A model generated the notes under the pieces. That model saw only the letters and a program-made list of their open reading frames with translations, ran no database searches and was not told the origin of the DNA. A program made the translations under genes and the position numbers. From Candidatus Spongiisociaceae bacterium (GTDB taxonomy: Bacteria > Actinomycetota > Acidimicrobiia > Spongiisociales > Spongiisociaceae): a stretch of DNA of 64,000 bases. Of the stretch, positions 19,242-29,019 are shown piece after piece. The stretch's first letter is position 1, and every line of letters begins with the position of its first letter. The DNA is taken from assembly GCA_965219685.1 (NCBI GenBank), contig CBDCOH010000002.1, positions 2,240,001-2,304,000 of the forward strand. Direction: 5' to 3'.

Positions 19242-20483
19242 ATGTCGATCCAACCCATTGACGAAGACCCGAGCCCCGAAGCGCCTGAGCCAAACTGGTA
19301 CCGCCAGTTGAAATCCATCGGCGCGAAGGTCGCCAAGGCTCCACAAGGAGCTGCCTCCGTGGTGCGTGAAACGCCCCGTGTGGCCTTTGGCTACACCAGC
19401 AGCACGGTGCGTCATCTCAAGAAGGCCGACCTGCGTTTTCACACCTATCCAGTCGACCTGGCACAAGCGATTACGGCTTCCGCGCAGGCAACGATCACGG
19501 ACCTCGCCGGAACAGCGGCAATCCAAATGGGAAACGCCGGCAGCAAAGCCGGAGACCTCGCCGGGAATGCAGCAGCCCAAATCGGAAACGTCACGGGTAC
19601 AGCAGCCACCGTGCTTCTCGAACAGGGCCGGACCTTCCGGGAGAAGTGCAGTGAGCCCCTCAAACCCCTGAACCCGGGTGCGAAGAGGGTCGAAGACAAC
19701 GCAGAGGCATGGGCACAAGCAGCCGCGACAGCGGCCGGCGGCGCTCTCATAAACTTGCAGAAAGCAGTTCCATCGTTCAACGACCTTTCTCCCACACTCA
19801 AGGCGAAGTTCGTGACAGCGGGCATGCACGGCTATTGGCGAACCGTCGATGCCGCGAGCGCCTTCTACGAGTCGAGCGTTCCGTCTGCGGTCAGGAACCT
19901 GGGGAAGGACGCGGTAGTGATGTTTCTCGACGGAAAGCATGCCAGTCACATCGAGGCGGTCGCTAACGCACCGGAGAGGATGATGGACGCTGCCAACATC
20001 GTGTGGGAAAGGGCCCGCGACAACCTGGCTCGTGGCGCAGCCGACATGACCCCATTGGATCTGGCGAAGGCCAACGCCCTCAACGCGGTCCAAGCTACAG
20101 GCATCGTCGTGGCCGAGGCACTGCAGACTGCTGCTGTTGCCGGGTGCATCGGCATGGCGCTTGAGGGCGTGGTCAGCGTCAGCGAGAACCTCATCTACGT
20201 CTACAAGGACGGGATGACGATCCAAGAGGCGCGCAGGAACGTCCTTAGGGACGTGCTGAAGAAAGGCAAGGTAGCAGCGATCGGCGGGGCAGGAATGACG
20301 GTGGTGGTGGCCTTAGGTGCCGGACCCGCACTCGCGACAGCCGCCCCGGTTCTTATCTCGATCGGCGGAGTCCTCTACCTCGTAAGCGCCTACAGCCGTA
20401 TCAAGATGGCCTTGGACTCGGACGAGGAGCAACCGGATCTGCTCGCTCTGGAGCCTCCCTCCCCGGCTCTGGGCACCGCCTGA
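19242..20483 (+). CDS. hypothetical membrane protein with HNH-like motif
   Basis: KHASHI...NIVWE...NLARG; hydrophobic Gly/Ala-rich C-terminal helices; GGAGG RBS. Confidence 0.65.
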   Translation: MSIQPIDEDPSPEAPEPNWYRQLKSIGAKVAKAPQGAASVVRETPRVAFGYTSSTVRHLKKADLRFHTYPVDLAQAITASAQATITDLAGTAAIQMGNAGSKAGDLAGNAAAQIGNVTGTAATVLLEQGRTFREKCSEPLKPLNPGAKRVEDNAEAWAQAAATAAGGALINLQKAVPSFNDLSPTLKAKFVTAGMHGYWRTVDAASAFYESSVPSAVRNLGKDAVVMFLDGKHASHIEAVANAPERMMDAANIVWERARDNLARGAADMTPLDLAKANALNAVQATGIVVAEALQTAAVAGCIGMALEGVVSVSENLIYVYKDGMTIQEARRNVLRDVLKKGKVAAIGGAGMTVVVALGAGPALATAAPVLISIGGVLYLVSAYSRIKMALDSDEEQPDLLALEPPSPALGTA

Positions 20484-20545
20484 TCCTCCAGCCGGTTATG
20501 GTTCAATAGTCGGGAAGCGGCCCATAGCCGTGGGGAGGTTTTTCG

Positions 20546-20764
20546 ATGCCGGTTGCGCACATCCACTTCATGTACGACTTGGTTCAGGGCGACCTTCAGG
20601 AGGCCAAGCGCAAACTCGCGGACGAGGTGGCCGAGAGCATCGCCCGAAATGTGGTACACCATCACCAGGGCTCGCCCAAGGACCTCGTGACCGTGGTCTT
20701 TCACGACATCGGCGCCGACGACTGGGCGGCTGGAGGCAAGCTCTTCAGCGACCGAACCGACTGA
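20546..20764 (+). CDS. 4-oxalocrotonate tautomerase-family protein
   Basis: Pro-1 after Met, 72 aa, C-terminal WAAGGK; GGAGG RBS. Confidence 0.8.
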   Translation: MPVAHIHFMYDLVQGDLQEAKRKLADEVAESIARNVVHHHQGSPKDLVTVVFHDIGADDWAAGGKLFSDRTD

Positions 20765-20845
20765 CACGAAGCCGATCCTGACACCGGAGCGCGATGAACC
20801 GGGATCGACGCCAGGTTGTCTGAGCCCACCGAGTTGGCAGCAGGG

Positions 20846-22072
20846 CTATCCGGTCCGCCGTAACCTGTAGTGCGGTAGTGGAACGATGACCCCGTTGAGT
20901 TCTCCGCGTACCGGACCCCAGTCCCAGTCGACCTGAACCTCCGTCCCTGGATCAGCAAAGGCCGGCCCAACATGGGCGAAACCTATCACCGACCCGACCG
21001 TGGGGGACCACGTCACGCTGGTTGTGCGCCCGACGCGAGTTCCCTCATGGAGGATCGGCAACGGCAGCCGGATCACCTGCGGCGTCACCTCGGGCGGAAT
21101 CCCGCTTTCCTCGTAGAGGGCGACTATCAGGCGATAGTCGATCCGGATTCCTACCATCGAACGCCTGGATCCGCTCTCGAACTCGCGCTTGAGAGCTTCC
21201 CTGCCCAGAAAGTCGGCGTTCGTCCCGAGGTCGACGAACCGATGCATGTTCAGCTCTAGTGGAGTGGTTCGGTTCTCGGCCGAGACCGGGAGCGGGTCGC
21301 CGAGTCGATCCATGGCGGCGGGCGTGTAGTCACCGCCCACTATCACCAAACCTGCCTCGATACGTGCCACATCCAGCGCGTGCAGCCCACCGGCACCCAA
21401 CCCTAGAGGCTCCCCGGCCTCGAACAGCGCGTCCCACACGGCAGCCCCGTCGCGGGTGGCTACCCAGAGCTCGTATCCGACCTCGCCGGTGAACCCCTGG
21501 CGAGACACAATCACCTCGGCTCCTCCGATCGCAGTTGTACGAAGCCGCGAGAACCGGAGGTCCGACCAGGTTTTCCCCGTGGATGCTTCGAGCACCGCGG
21601 TCGACTTGGGTCCCTGGAGCGCCAGCAACCCGTAGTCATGCGTTACATCCTCGATCACGACATCGTGGCTCTCGGCGTGGGACCGGAACCAGTTCATCAT
21701 CGGATCAGCCGAGAACAAGAACCTGTCTTCCTCGACCCGGGCAACCAGACCGTCCCCAACCAAGACTCCATCCTCGTTGCACCACGGGGTGTAATAGACT
21801 TGGCCTACCTCGATCCGCGTAGCGTCACGGGTGATCAGATAGTCCACCAACCGCACGGCGTCCGGTCCGGAAATGTAGTGCTTGGAGATAGGCGATTGGT
21901 CCAGAGCGGCAGCTTGTTCGCGTATCGTCGCCAACTCGGCCCGCCAGTCTGTGTACTCATCGACGATGTGATACCGATCCCAGGCATTCCACTTCTGGCG
22001 CTGATTCAACAACGAGGTACGCGGGTAGAACGCAGTTCCGCGGATCGTCAGTTCGGAGGTAATAGAAGCCAT
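20846..22072 (-). CDS. GcvT-like aminomethyltransferase / THF-dependent demethylase
   Basis: GPDA, DGLVAR, LALQGPKS, GFTGEVGYEL, ARIEAG. Confidence 0.9.
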   Translation of the reverse strand: MASITSELTIRGTAFYPRTSLLNQRQKWNAWDRYHIVDEYTDWRAELATIREQAAALDQSPISKHYISGPDAVRLVDYLITRDATRIEVGQVYYTPWCNEDGVLVGDGLVARVEEDRFLFSADPMMNWFRSHAESHDVVIEDVTHDYGLLALQGPKSTAVLEASTGKTWSDLRFSRLRTTAIGGAEVIVSRQGFTGEVGYELWVATRDGAAVWDALFEAGEPLGLGAGGLHALDVARIEAGLVIVGGDYTPAAMDRLGDPLPVSAENRTTPLELNMHRFVDLGTNADFLGREALKREFESGSRRSMVGIRIDYRLIVALYEESGIPPEVTPQVIRLPLPILHEGTRVGRTTSVTWSPTVGSVIGFAHVGPAFADPGTEVQVDWDWGPVRGELNGVIVPLPHYRLRRTG

Positions 22073-22294
22073 CCAGGTGTCTCCTTTCTCAACCAGATCC
22101 CACGCTCGGCCAGTATCTCACCGGTGCCGGCTGTTACCAGCGGGGTTTCGGCCAGGCCGGCAACCACGGCGGTTTGTATGATCACCCGGTCGTTCATGGT
22201 CTCGCCAGCCTCCTACTGATAATCCGTAGTCGAACCGGATGAGGGACTGTACATCCGCTACAAATAGGAGGATGATGGGAGAAGGGATCGCTCT

Positions 22295-23362
22295 ATGACC
22301 ATTTCCGACCGATACAGCGTGACCGAGGACGAGATACGGTTCGACCGGACCGCCGAGGAGCGGCTCTACCGGCGATTGTTCGACTTCTGGCATCCCGTCG
22401 CCTATTCCTCTCATCTGGCCGATGACAAGCCGCTGGCAGCGACCCTCCTCGACGAGGCCATCGTGGTTGTCCGTCTCGACGGCCGGGTGCGCGCCTTCCG
22501 CGACCTCTGCGTCCACCGGGGTACGGCCCTGTCGCTGGGTTGGGTGGAGGACGACTCGCTCCGGTGCGCCTACCACGGCTGGAAGTACGGGCCTGACGGC
22601 ATGTGCACCGAGATCCCCTCGCGTTTCGGTACCAGGATCCCCAAGCGGGCCCGCCTGACCCGCTATGCGGCGGCGGAGGCGGCCGGCCTGATCTGGGTGT
22701 GCATGTCGGGTGAGCCGAGGTACCCGCTGCCCGAGTTCCCCTACCGGGAAGACCCGAGGTACCGGATCATCGAGGTGCCGTCGTACGACTGGAACTGCTC
22801 GATGCCGAGGCGGATCGAGAACTACGTCGACTTCGCCCACTTCGCCTGGGTTCACGATGGGGTTCTGGGAGACCGCAACCAGCCGGAGGTTCCCGACCAT
22901 GGCATCCGCCGTGTCGGGCACGAGCTCCGCTTCGACCATCCACACATGGCCGAGCCCGCGAACTCCGGCAAGAACAAGGGTCTCGATTCCGACGGCGGAC
23001 CCGTGGACGTCCGGATCGACTACCGGCTGTTCATGCCCAACACGATCCTCCTAGACCAGCGGATCCCGGCCCTGGATCAGCGCTACCTGCTGTTCTTCTC
23101 GGTGTGCCCGACCGGGCGCAAGACATCCAGGTGTTTCACGTTCATGGGCCGCGACTACTCGATGGACGAGCAGACCGACCGGGACATGCTCGAATTCAAC
23201 GCCCTAGTGATCGGCCAGGACCTCCCGATCGTCCAGTCGCAGCGGCCGGAAGAGCTTCCGATGGACCTGTCGGCGGAGGTGCAGATCAAGGGATCCGACC
23301 GCGTGGCAGTCGAGTACCGGCGCTGGCTGAAGAAGATCGCCGACGGCACGGATATGGACTGA
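22295..23362 (+). CDS. Rieske non-heme iron oxygenase alpha subunit (VanA/NdmA-like demethylase)
   Basis: CVH...CAYHGW Rieske ligands; ENYVDFAHFAWVH iron site. Confidence 0.9.
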   Translation: MTISDRYSVTEDEIRFDRTAEERLYRRLFDFWHPVAYSSHLADDKPLAATLLDEAIVVVRLDGRVRAFRDLCVHRGTALSLGWVEDDSLRCAYHGWKYGPDGMCTEIPSRFGTRIPKRARLTRYAAAEAAGLIWVCMSGEPRYPLPEFPYREDPRYRIIEVPSYDWNCSMPRRIENYVDFAHFAWVHDGVLGDRNQPEVPDHGIRRVGHELRFDHPHMAEPANSGKNKGLDSDGGPVDVRIDYRLFMPNTILLDQRIPALDQRYLLFFSVCPTGRKTSRCFTFMGRDYSMDEQTDRDMLEFNALVIGQDLPIVQSQRPEELPMDLSAEVQIKGSDRVAVEYRRWLKKIADGTDMD

Positions 23363-23439
23363 CCCGCCTGGAACCGGGCCGCGGCAACACGTCCTACACA
23401 CCTGGCAGCCCCAGCCACCAGCGCAAGCGGCTGTCCGCC

Positions 23440-24357
23440 CTAGCCCGCCCTGGCGACCACCCCCGAGAGATCACAGCCGTGGATCTCGTGCAGCAGCCCG
23501 AGGAAGGCCAGCACCGGTGCGCTGTAGTGCTGGGCCCTCCTTACCAGCACGTGGGTCTGTAGGTACACGCGGTGTTCCTCCGCCATCCCGATGGGTGTGA
23601 GCCTGCCCATCTCGACCTCGCCGCGGATGGCGCTGCGCGGCAGGAAGGAGATACCGAGCCCGAGCGCCACCATGCGCTTGGTGGCTTCGATGCTGTCGAG
23701 CATGGTCTCGATCTGGGGAACGATCCCCGCCTCGTGGCATGCCTGATTGATGAGCAGGAAGTACGTCGAGCTCGGGTCGTAGAGGATGAGCGGCTGGCGC
23801 GCCACCTCGGAGATCCGGGCATATCCCGCCTCCGCGAACGGATGCTCCGGATAGGTCACCAGAACGATCTCCTCGTCATACAGGTAGATCGAATGAACAT
23901 CCTGATGCACCAGGCCCCGGCACAGGCCGACGTCCACCACGCCGTCGATGATCATCGCTAGGACGTCGGTGGAGCGTCCGGTGCGTATCCGCGCCGAGAC
24001 CTGGGGGTGGCGGCGTTGGAACCGGTCGAGGGTGGGCGGGAGCATATAGGTGCCGATGGTGCGGGCCGACCCGATCGTGATGGTCCCCGCCTGCTCGTCG
24101 AGGGTCTGGCGGACCGCTTCCCGGCCCTTGTCGAGGAACTCGATGACCCGCTCGGCAAAGGGCAGGAAGGCCTCCCCCGCCTCGGTCAGGCGGACCCCTC
24201 GGCCCATCCGGTGGAAGAGCGGCGTCCGGAGCTCGCGCTCCAGCGACTTGATGCGGGCGCTGAGCGATGGCTGGCTCACAAAGGACGCTCGCGCCGCCCC
24301 CCGGAAGCTACCGATCCGGGCCGCGGCCAGAAAAGAATCGAGTTCTCTGAACTCCAC
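23440..24357 (-). CDS. LysR-family regulator
   Basis: SFRGAARASFVSQPSLSARIKSLE, LTEAG. Confidence 0.95.
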   Translation of the reverse strand: MEFRELDSFLAAARIGSFRGAARASFVSQPSLSARIKSLERELRTPLFHRMGRGVRLTEAGEAFLPFAERVIEFLDKGREAVRQTLDEQAGTITIGSARTIGTYMLPPTLDRFQRRHPQVSARIRTGRSTDVLAMIIDGVVDVGLCRGLVHQDVHSIYLYDEEIVLVTYPEHPFAEAGYARISEVARQPLILYDPSSTYFLLINQACHEAGIVPQIETMLDSIEATKRMVALGLGISFLPRSAIRGEVEMGRLTPIGMAEEHRVYLQTHVLVRRAQHYSAPVLAFLGLLHEIHGCDLSGVVARAG

Positions 24358-24383
24358 GCTTCGGGTGTTCCTTCCTCTTAGGT

Positions 24384-24506
24384 CTACCGGTTGGCCCGCC
24401 GGATCAGCCAGCCCACGGCCGCGACGGTGAAACCGACAGCCGGAGCACCGCCGACCACGGCAAGCGCAAGACCGTAGATCATGGTCAGCGTTCCGAAGAT
24501 CCTCAT
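24384..24506 (-). CDS. 40-aa hydrophobic small protein upstream of the LysR gene
   Basis: MRIFGTLTMIYGLALAVVGGAPAVGFTVAAVGWLIRRANR; AAGGGG upstream. Confidence 0.4.
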   Translation of the reverse strand: MRIFGTLTMIYGLALAVVGGAPAVGFTVAAVGWLIRRANR

Positions 24507-24525
24507 CCGGGCCAGTTCCCCTTGC

Positions 24526-24542
24526 GATAGTTACAGCCTATC
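24526..24542. promoter_or_regulatory. LysR binding box
   Basis: GATAG-N7-CTATC (T-N11-A) between the divergent lysR and aceA. Confidence 0.65.
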
Positions 24543-24699
24543 ACTTTGATCGGAAGAAAGAGGCTAGCTTTATCGTTGAAAACACCGCATACTGCTCCCG
24601 TTTGCACCATGCTTCCCGGAGCGATCCCAACGCGGCGTTTCGGCGAGGCGGTGGCATCGCATGGAAAGCACTGGATCGGTATCGGAAGGGACGTGAGTC

Positions 24700-25992
24700 A
24701 TGTCGAGGACTGGCCGGGACAGGTTCCGGAGAGCTGCTGCTCTCCAAGCCCGTTGGGACCAGGAGGCAAGGTGGGAGGGCATCGAGCGCCCCTACACCGC
24801 CCTCGACGTACTGCGCCTTCGGGGCAGCCTCAGGATCGAGCACAGCATCGCCCGGGCCGGCGCCGAGCGGCTCTGGCACCTGCTGCAGACCCAACCCATG
24901 ATCCGGACCTTCGGCGCTCTGACCGGGGCCCAGGCCGTCCAGATGGTGAGAGCAGGGCTGAAGGCTCTCTACCTGAGCGGATGGCAGGTCGCCGCCGACG
25001 CCAACCTGTCGGGGCAGACCTACCCGGACCAGAGCCTGTATCCGTCCAACAGCGTGCCGAGCGCGATCAAGCGCATCAACAACGCCCTCACCCGCGCCGA
25101 CCAGATCGCTTCGATGAACGGCGAGAACGGGACCCACTGGTTCGCTCCGATCGTGGCCGACGCCGAGGCCGGATTCGGGGGCCCGGTTCACGGTTTCGAA
25201 CTCATGAAGTCGATGATCGAGGCGGGTGCGGCCGGGGTCCACTTCGAGGACCAGCTGTCCTCCGAGAAGAAGTGCGGGCACATGGGCGGAAAGGTTCTCG
25301 TTCCGACCTCCCAGTTCATCCGGACCCTGACTGCGGCCAGGTTGGCAGCCGACGTGATGGGCGTGCCGACCGTGATCATGGCGAGGACCGACGCCCGCGA
25401 CGCCAGGCTGCTGATGAGCGATGCGGACGAGGCGGATCGCCGGTTCCTGACCGGTGAGAGAACCCCTGAGGGGTACCACGGGGTCCGCAGCGGTATGGAA
25501 GCCGCCACGGAAAGGTCTCTGGCATACGCCCCCTATGCCGATCTCCTGTGGTTCGAGACCTCCCAGCCGGACGTCGAGGAAGCCGCTGCCTTCGCGGAGG
25601 CGATCCACGCGCGTTTCCCCGGCAAGCTACTGGCCTACAACTGCTCCCCGTCCTTCAACTGGAGGCACCACCTGAGCGAGGAACAGATCGCGGCGTTCCA
25701 GGATCGGATCGCCTCGCTGGGATACCGGTTCCAGTTCATCACCCTGGCCGGTTGGCACCTGCTCAACTACCACACCTTCGACTTGGCGCGGTCCTATGAC
25801 ACGAGCGGCATGGCGGCCTACAGCCGGCTGCAGCAAACCGAGATCGCCTCGGAGTCGGTCGGGTACACCGCCACCAAGCACCAGGCGGAGGTGGGTGCCG
25901 GGTACTTCGACGAGGTGGTGCAGATCACGGCCGGAGGGCGGGCTTCCACCCTCGCGCTAGTGGGTTCAACCGAAGCCAAGCAGTTCGCCTGA
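24700..25992 (+). CDS. aceA: isocitrate lyase
   Basis: [38 protein letters not shown]. Confidence 0.97.
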   Translation: MSRTGRDRFRRAAALQARWDQEARWEGIERPYTALDVLRLRGSLRIEHSIARAGAERLWHLLQTQPMIRTFGALTGAQAVQMVRAGLKALYLSGWQVAADANLSGQTYPDQSLYPSNSVPSAIKRINNALTRADQIASMNGENGTHWFAPIVADAEAGFGGPVHGFELMKSMIEAGAAGVHFEDQLSSEKKCGHMGGKVLVPTSQFIRTLTAARLAADVMGVPTVIMARTDARDARLLMSDADEADRRFLTGERTPEGYHGVRSGMEAATERSLAYAPYADLLWFETSQPDVEEAAAFAEAIHARFPGKLLAYNCSPSFNWRHHLSEEQIAAFQDRIASLGYRFQFITLAGWHLLNYHTFDLARSYDTSGMAAYSRLQQTEIASESVGYTATKHQAEVGAGYFDEVVQITAGGRASTLALVGSTEAKQFA

Positions 25993-26055
25993 ACCCGCGT
26001 TCTTGACCTTCCCACTGTGTGGACGTACAGTGGCCGTACACACAGGAGGTCGTTC

Positions 26056-26343
26056 ATGGCCACACGCACCGAACGGCGTCGTAGCCGGCGCCTCGAGGTC
26101 CGCACAACGCCCGAGGAGCGAGCGCTGATCGACCTTGCCGTTGCCGCATCCGGTACAGACCTCACCAGTTTCGTGATAGACAACCTGACGGTGGCCGCGC
26201 GGCGCGTACTGGCGGACCGGTCCGAATTCACATTGGGTCCCGACGCCCGGCGGGCCTGGGAGGAGATCAACCGTCGACCTGCCCGAGCCCTTCCTGAACT
26301 GAGGGAGTTCTTGGAGCGACCCTCGCCCTTCGTCAAGGAGTGA
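26056..26343 (+). CDS. DUF1778-family (TacA-like) antitoxin
   Basis: RLEVRTTPEERALIDLA RHH pattern; AGGAGG RBS; overlaps the GNAT gene. Confidence 0.85.
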   Translation: MATRTERRRSRRLEVRTTPEERALIDLAVAASGTDLTSFVIDNLTVAARRVLADRSEFTLGPDARRAWEEINRRPARALPELREFLERPSPFVKE

Positions 26344-26858
26344 AAGAGCAGTATCTCCCGCCCAGACTGCTGCATCCGGACCACGAGATCGCCCACTTCT
26401 TGTGCCGATCCGACGAGCAGACCCGTTGGCTACACCACCACGCCCGCCAGGCAGGAAATGCGGGCACCGCCAAGGTCCTCGTAGTCACGCGGCGATCCAG
26501 CGTGGAGGTCGTTGCTTACTACGCGTGGTCTATGGGCAGCATCAGAGTCTCTGATGCACCAACCCGGCTACGGACAGGAGCCGGTCGGTGTCCCCAGCCC
26601 GTAGCTCTGCTTAGCCGCCTCGGGGTTTCGATCCACCACGAGCGACGCGGGCTCGGCGCCGGACTCCTCCAGGATGTGATCGCCCGAACTGCTCAACTCG
26701 GAAGCAAGATCGGATGCCGAGGTCTGCTCGTACATGCCGAGACCACCGAGGCTCGGGACTTCTACCTCCATCTCGTCCCCGCCTTCGAGCCATCCCCCAC
26801 CGATCCCCTCCATCTTGTCCTCCTGATGAAGGATATCCTCAAGGCACTCCGCACATGA
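26340..26858 (+). CDS. GNAT-family toxin
   Basis: LLSRLGV...RRGLGAGLL, LLVHA, ARDFY. Confidence 0.85.
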   Translation: MKEQYLPPRLLHPDHEIAHFLCRSDEQTRWLHHHARQAGNAGTAKVLVVTRRSSVEVVAYYAWSMGSIRVSDAPTRLRTGAGRCPQPVALLSRLGVSIHHERRGLGAGLLQDVIARTAQLGSKIGCRGLLVHAETTEARDFYLHLVPAFEPSPTDPLHLVLLMKDILKALRT

Positions 26859-27265
26859 AAGCCGGTCTGATCTCCCAGACGACCCCACGGACCCTGTCGG
26901 CCTACTGATCGGAACGGGTCGAGAACACGGCCAGAGCCACCAGGACCCATGATGTTTGGACCACCCTGTCCTGGCCGAACACGAGGGGACCGAACAGGGG
27001 CACTCGCGCATTCGCTCGCCGAACACCGGCTCGAAGGGCTTGACCGGCCGCGCGTAGATGACGGCCGACCCTGCGAAGCGGGGATCATCCGTCCCGACCT
27101 CGCCATCGCGGCGGCGATCGAAGAGGCGTTGTCAGATCTTGGCATCGGCGAGATCAGACGCGCAGCCAATCACGGCACCTTACGTGTGGGGCATGATCCC
27201 GATCCCGGATGGGAGGGCAGCCGTATGACATCCGTCCCGCCATCGAACTCGTTAGAATCGAAGTC

Positions 27266-27787
27266 ATGACAGAGTCAGGCCAGTCCGCTCTGGGCCCTCT
27301 GGACCAGCAGCTGCTGCGGCGGGCGATCGAGTTGTCCGCGGCGGCGATGGCCAAGGGCAACATGGCCTTCGGAGCGCTGCTCGCCGATCCCGACGGGAAC
27401 GTGCTCCTCGAAGCCGAGAACACCACCTTCACCGAGAGCAACGCCCTCCGGCACGCCGAGACCAACCTTGTCGAGGAGGCCGTCGCCGGCCTCACACCGG
27501 AGCAGATCGCCGGAGCCAGCCTCTACACGAGTTGCGAACCCTGCGCGATGTGCAGCGGCGCGATGTATTGGGCCGGGATCAACCGGATGGTCTACGCGAT
27601 GTCCGAACACGACCTGCTGAACATCACAGGGGTCAACGATCACTGCCCCACCATGAAAGGGGTCGGATGCCGGAACATCCTCGAGACCGGCCAGCGAAAC
27701 ATCGAGGTGAGCGGACCCCACCTCGTCGAGGAAGCCGCCGCCGTTCAGCATGACTACTTCGGCACGTCGCCTCCCGAGGGCAGCTAG
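27266..27787 (+). CDS. nucleoside/nucleobase deaminase (cytidine deaminase superfamily)
   Basis: HAE and EPCAMC; TAGAAT 7 nt before ATG. Confidence 0.9.
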   Translation: MTESGQSALGPLDQQLLRRAIELSAAAMAKGNMAFGALLADPDGNVLLEAENTTFTESNALRHAETNLVEEAVAGLTPEQIAGASLYTSCEPCAMCSGAMYWAGINRMVYAMSEHDLLNITGVNDHCPTMKGVGCRNILETGQRNIEVSGPHLVEEAAAVQHDYFGTSPPEGS

Positions 27788-27826
27788 CGACCGACCCAGG
27801 CGGATGCCGTGGTTAGCATCTGTCCG

Positions 27827-28819
27827 ATGACCGGACTCGGCACGCAGGACGAGCGCCTCCTTCGGCGCGCCATCGAGGTGTCGGCTACGTCGGCGGACCA
27901 GGGGAACATGCCCTTTGGCGCGGTCATGGCCGACCCGGAGGGCAACGTCCTGCTCGAGGCGAACAACACCACGATCACCGAGCGGAACCCTCTCAATCAC
28001 GCGGAGACCAACCTGATCAACATGGCGGTCAAGAGCCTTACGCCCGCCCAGATCACATCGGCAACCCTCTATGCCAGTTGCGAGCCCTGTGCAATGTGCA
28101 GCGGCGCGGTCCACGCCGCTGGGATCCAACGGGTGGTTTACGGCGTGAGCGGACTGCACTCCCTGGCAATCAGCGGCTCCGATCCCGGGAGCGAGGACAA
28201 GCGAGGAGTCGGTTGTCGCGACATACTCGCCCGCGGCCGGCGCCAGGTCGAGGTGAGCGGACCCCACCTGGTCGGGGAAGCCTCGGCCGTACTCATCGAC
28301 TTCTACGCGGCCGGCGGTCCAGGACAGACCACGAGCGAGTTGAGCCCGCTCGACGAACGGCTGTTGCGGAGAGCCATCGACATCGCAGCGAGATCGGTGG
28401 CCAACGGGAACCTACCCTTCGGTGCATTGCTGGCCGACCCCGACGGCAACGTCCTGCTGGAGGCGGAGAACTCCGATATCAGCGGCAAGAGCCCACTCAA
28501 CCATGCCGAGACCAACCTCATGAGGCTGGCAGTCGAGAGACTCACGGCGGATGAAATGGCCACCGCCACCCTCTACACAAGCTGCGAGCCGTGTGCCATG
28601 TGCAGCGGATCCATGTACTGGGGAGGCCTGAACCGGTTGGTGTACGGGATGAGCGAGCACCACCTCCTCGAATACACCGGCGCCAACCCTCTCAACCCGA
28701 CCATGCGCGGGGTGGGTTGCAGGGAGGTCCTCAACAGCGGCCAGCGCCACATCGAGGTGAGCGGACCCCATCTCGTCGAGGAGGCCTCGGTCATCCAACG
28801 GGACTACTGGACCAACTGA
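27827..28819 (+). CDS. deaminase with two tandem domains
   Basis: Two HAE...EPCAMC sets; TAGCAT 7 nt before ATG. Confidence 0.9.
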   Translation: MTGLGTQDERLLRRAIEVSATSADQGNMPFGAVMADPEGNVLLEANNTTITERNPLNHAETNLINMAVKSLTPAQITSATLYASCEPCAMCSGAVHAAGIQRVVYGVSGLHSLAISGSDPGSEDKRGVGCRDILARGRRQVEVSGPHLVGEASAVLIDFYAAGGPGQTTSELSPLDERLLRRAIDIAARSVANGNLPFGALLADPDGNVLLEAENSDISGKSPLNHAETNLMRLAVERLTADEMATATLYTSCEPCAMCSGSMYWGGLNRLVYGMSEHHLLEYTGANPLNPTMRGVGCREVLNSGQRHIEVSGPHLVEEASVIQRDYWTN

Positions 28820-29019
28820 CCTGCGTTTGCCTTGTTCCTCTGACTTGCGTTAATTATCTAGCTTGCGCAAATGCGCAAGACCGTGGACTGCGTCGCCGCA
28901 GGTCCTCGCTCTGACCAGCAGCTAGCATCATCACGTCGTTCGTGGTCCCCGGCCTCGCGCGGTGCCACTGATCGTGCGTGCCGGGAACAGCGCACAGGAT
29001 TCTCACAAAGGAAGCGGAC

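Noticed and set aside
26860-27260. ORFs between the GNAT toxin and the first deaminase
   Set aside because: No recognisable motifs or convincing start in any frame
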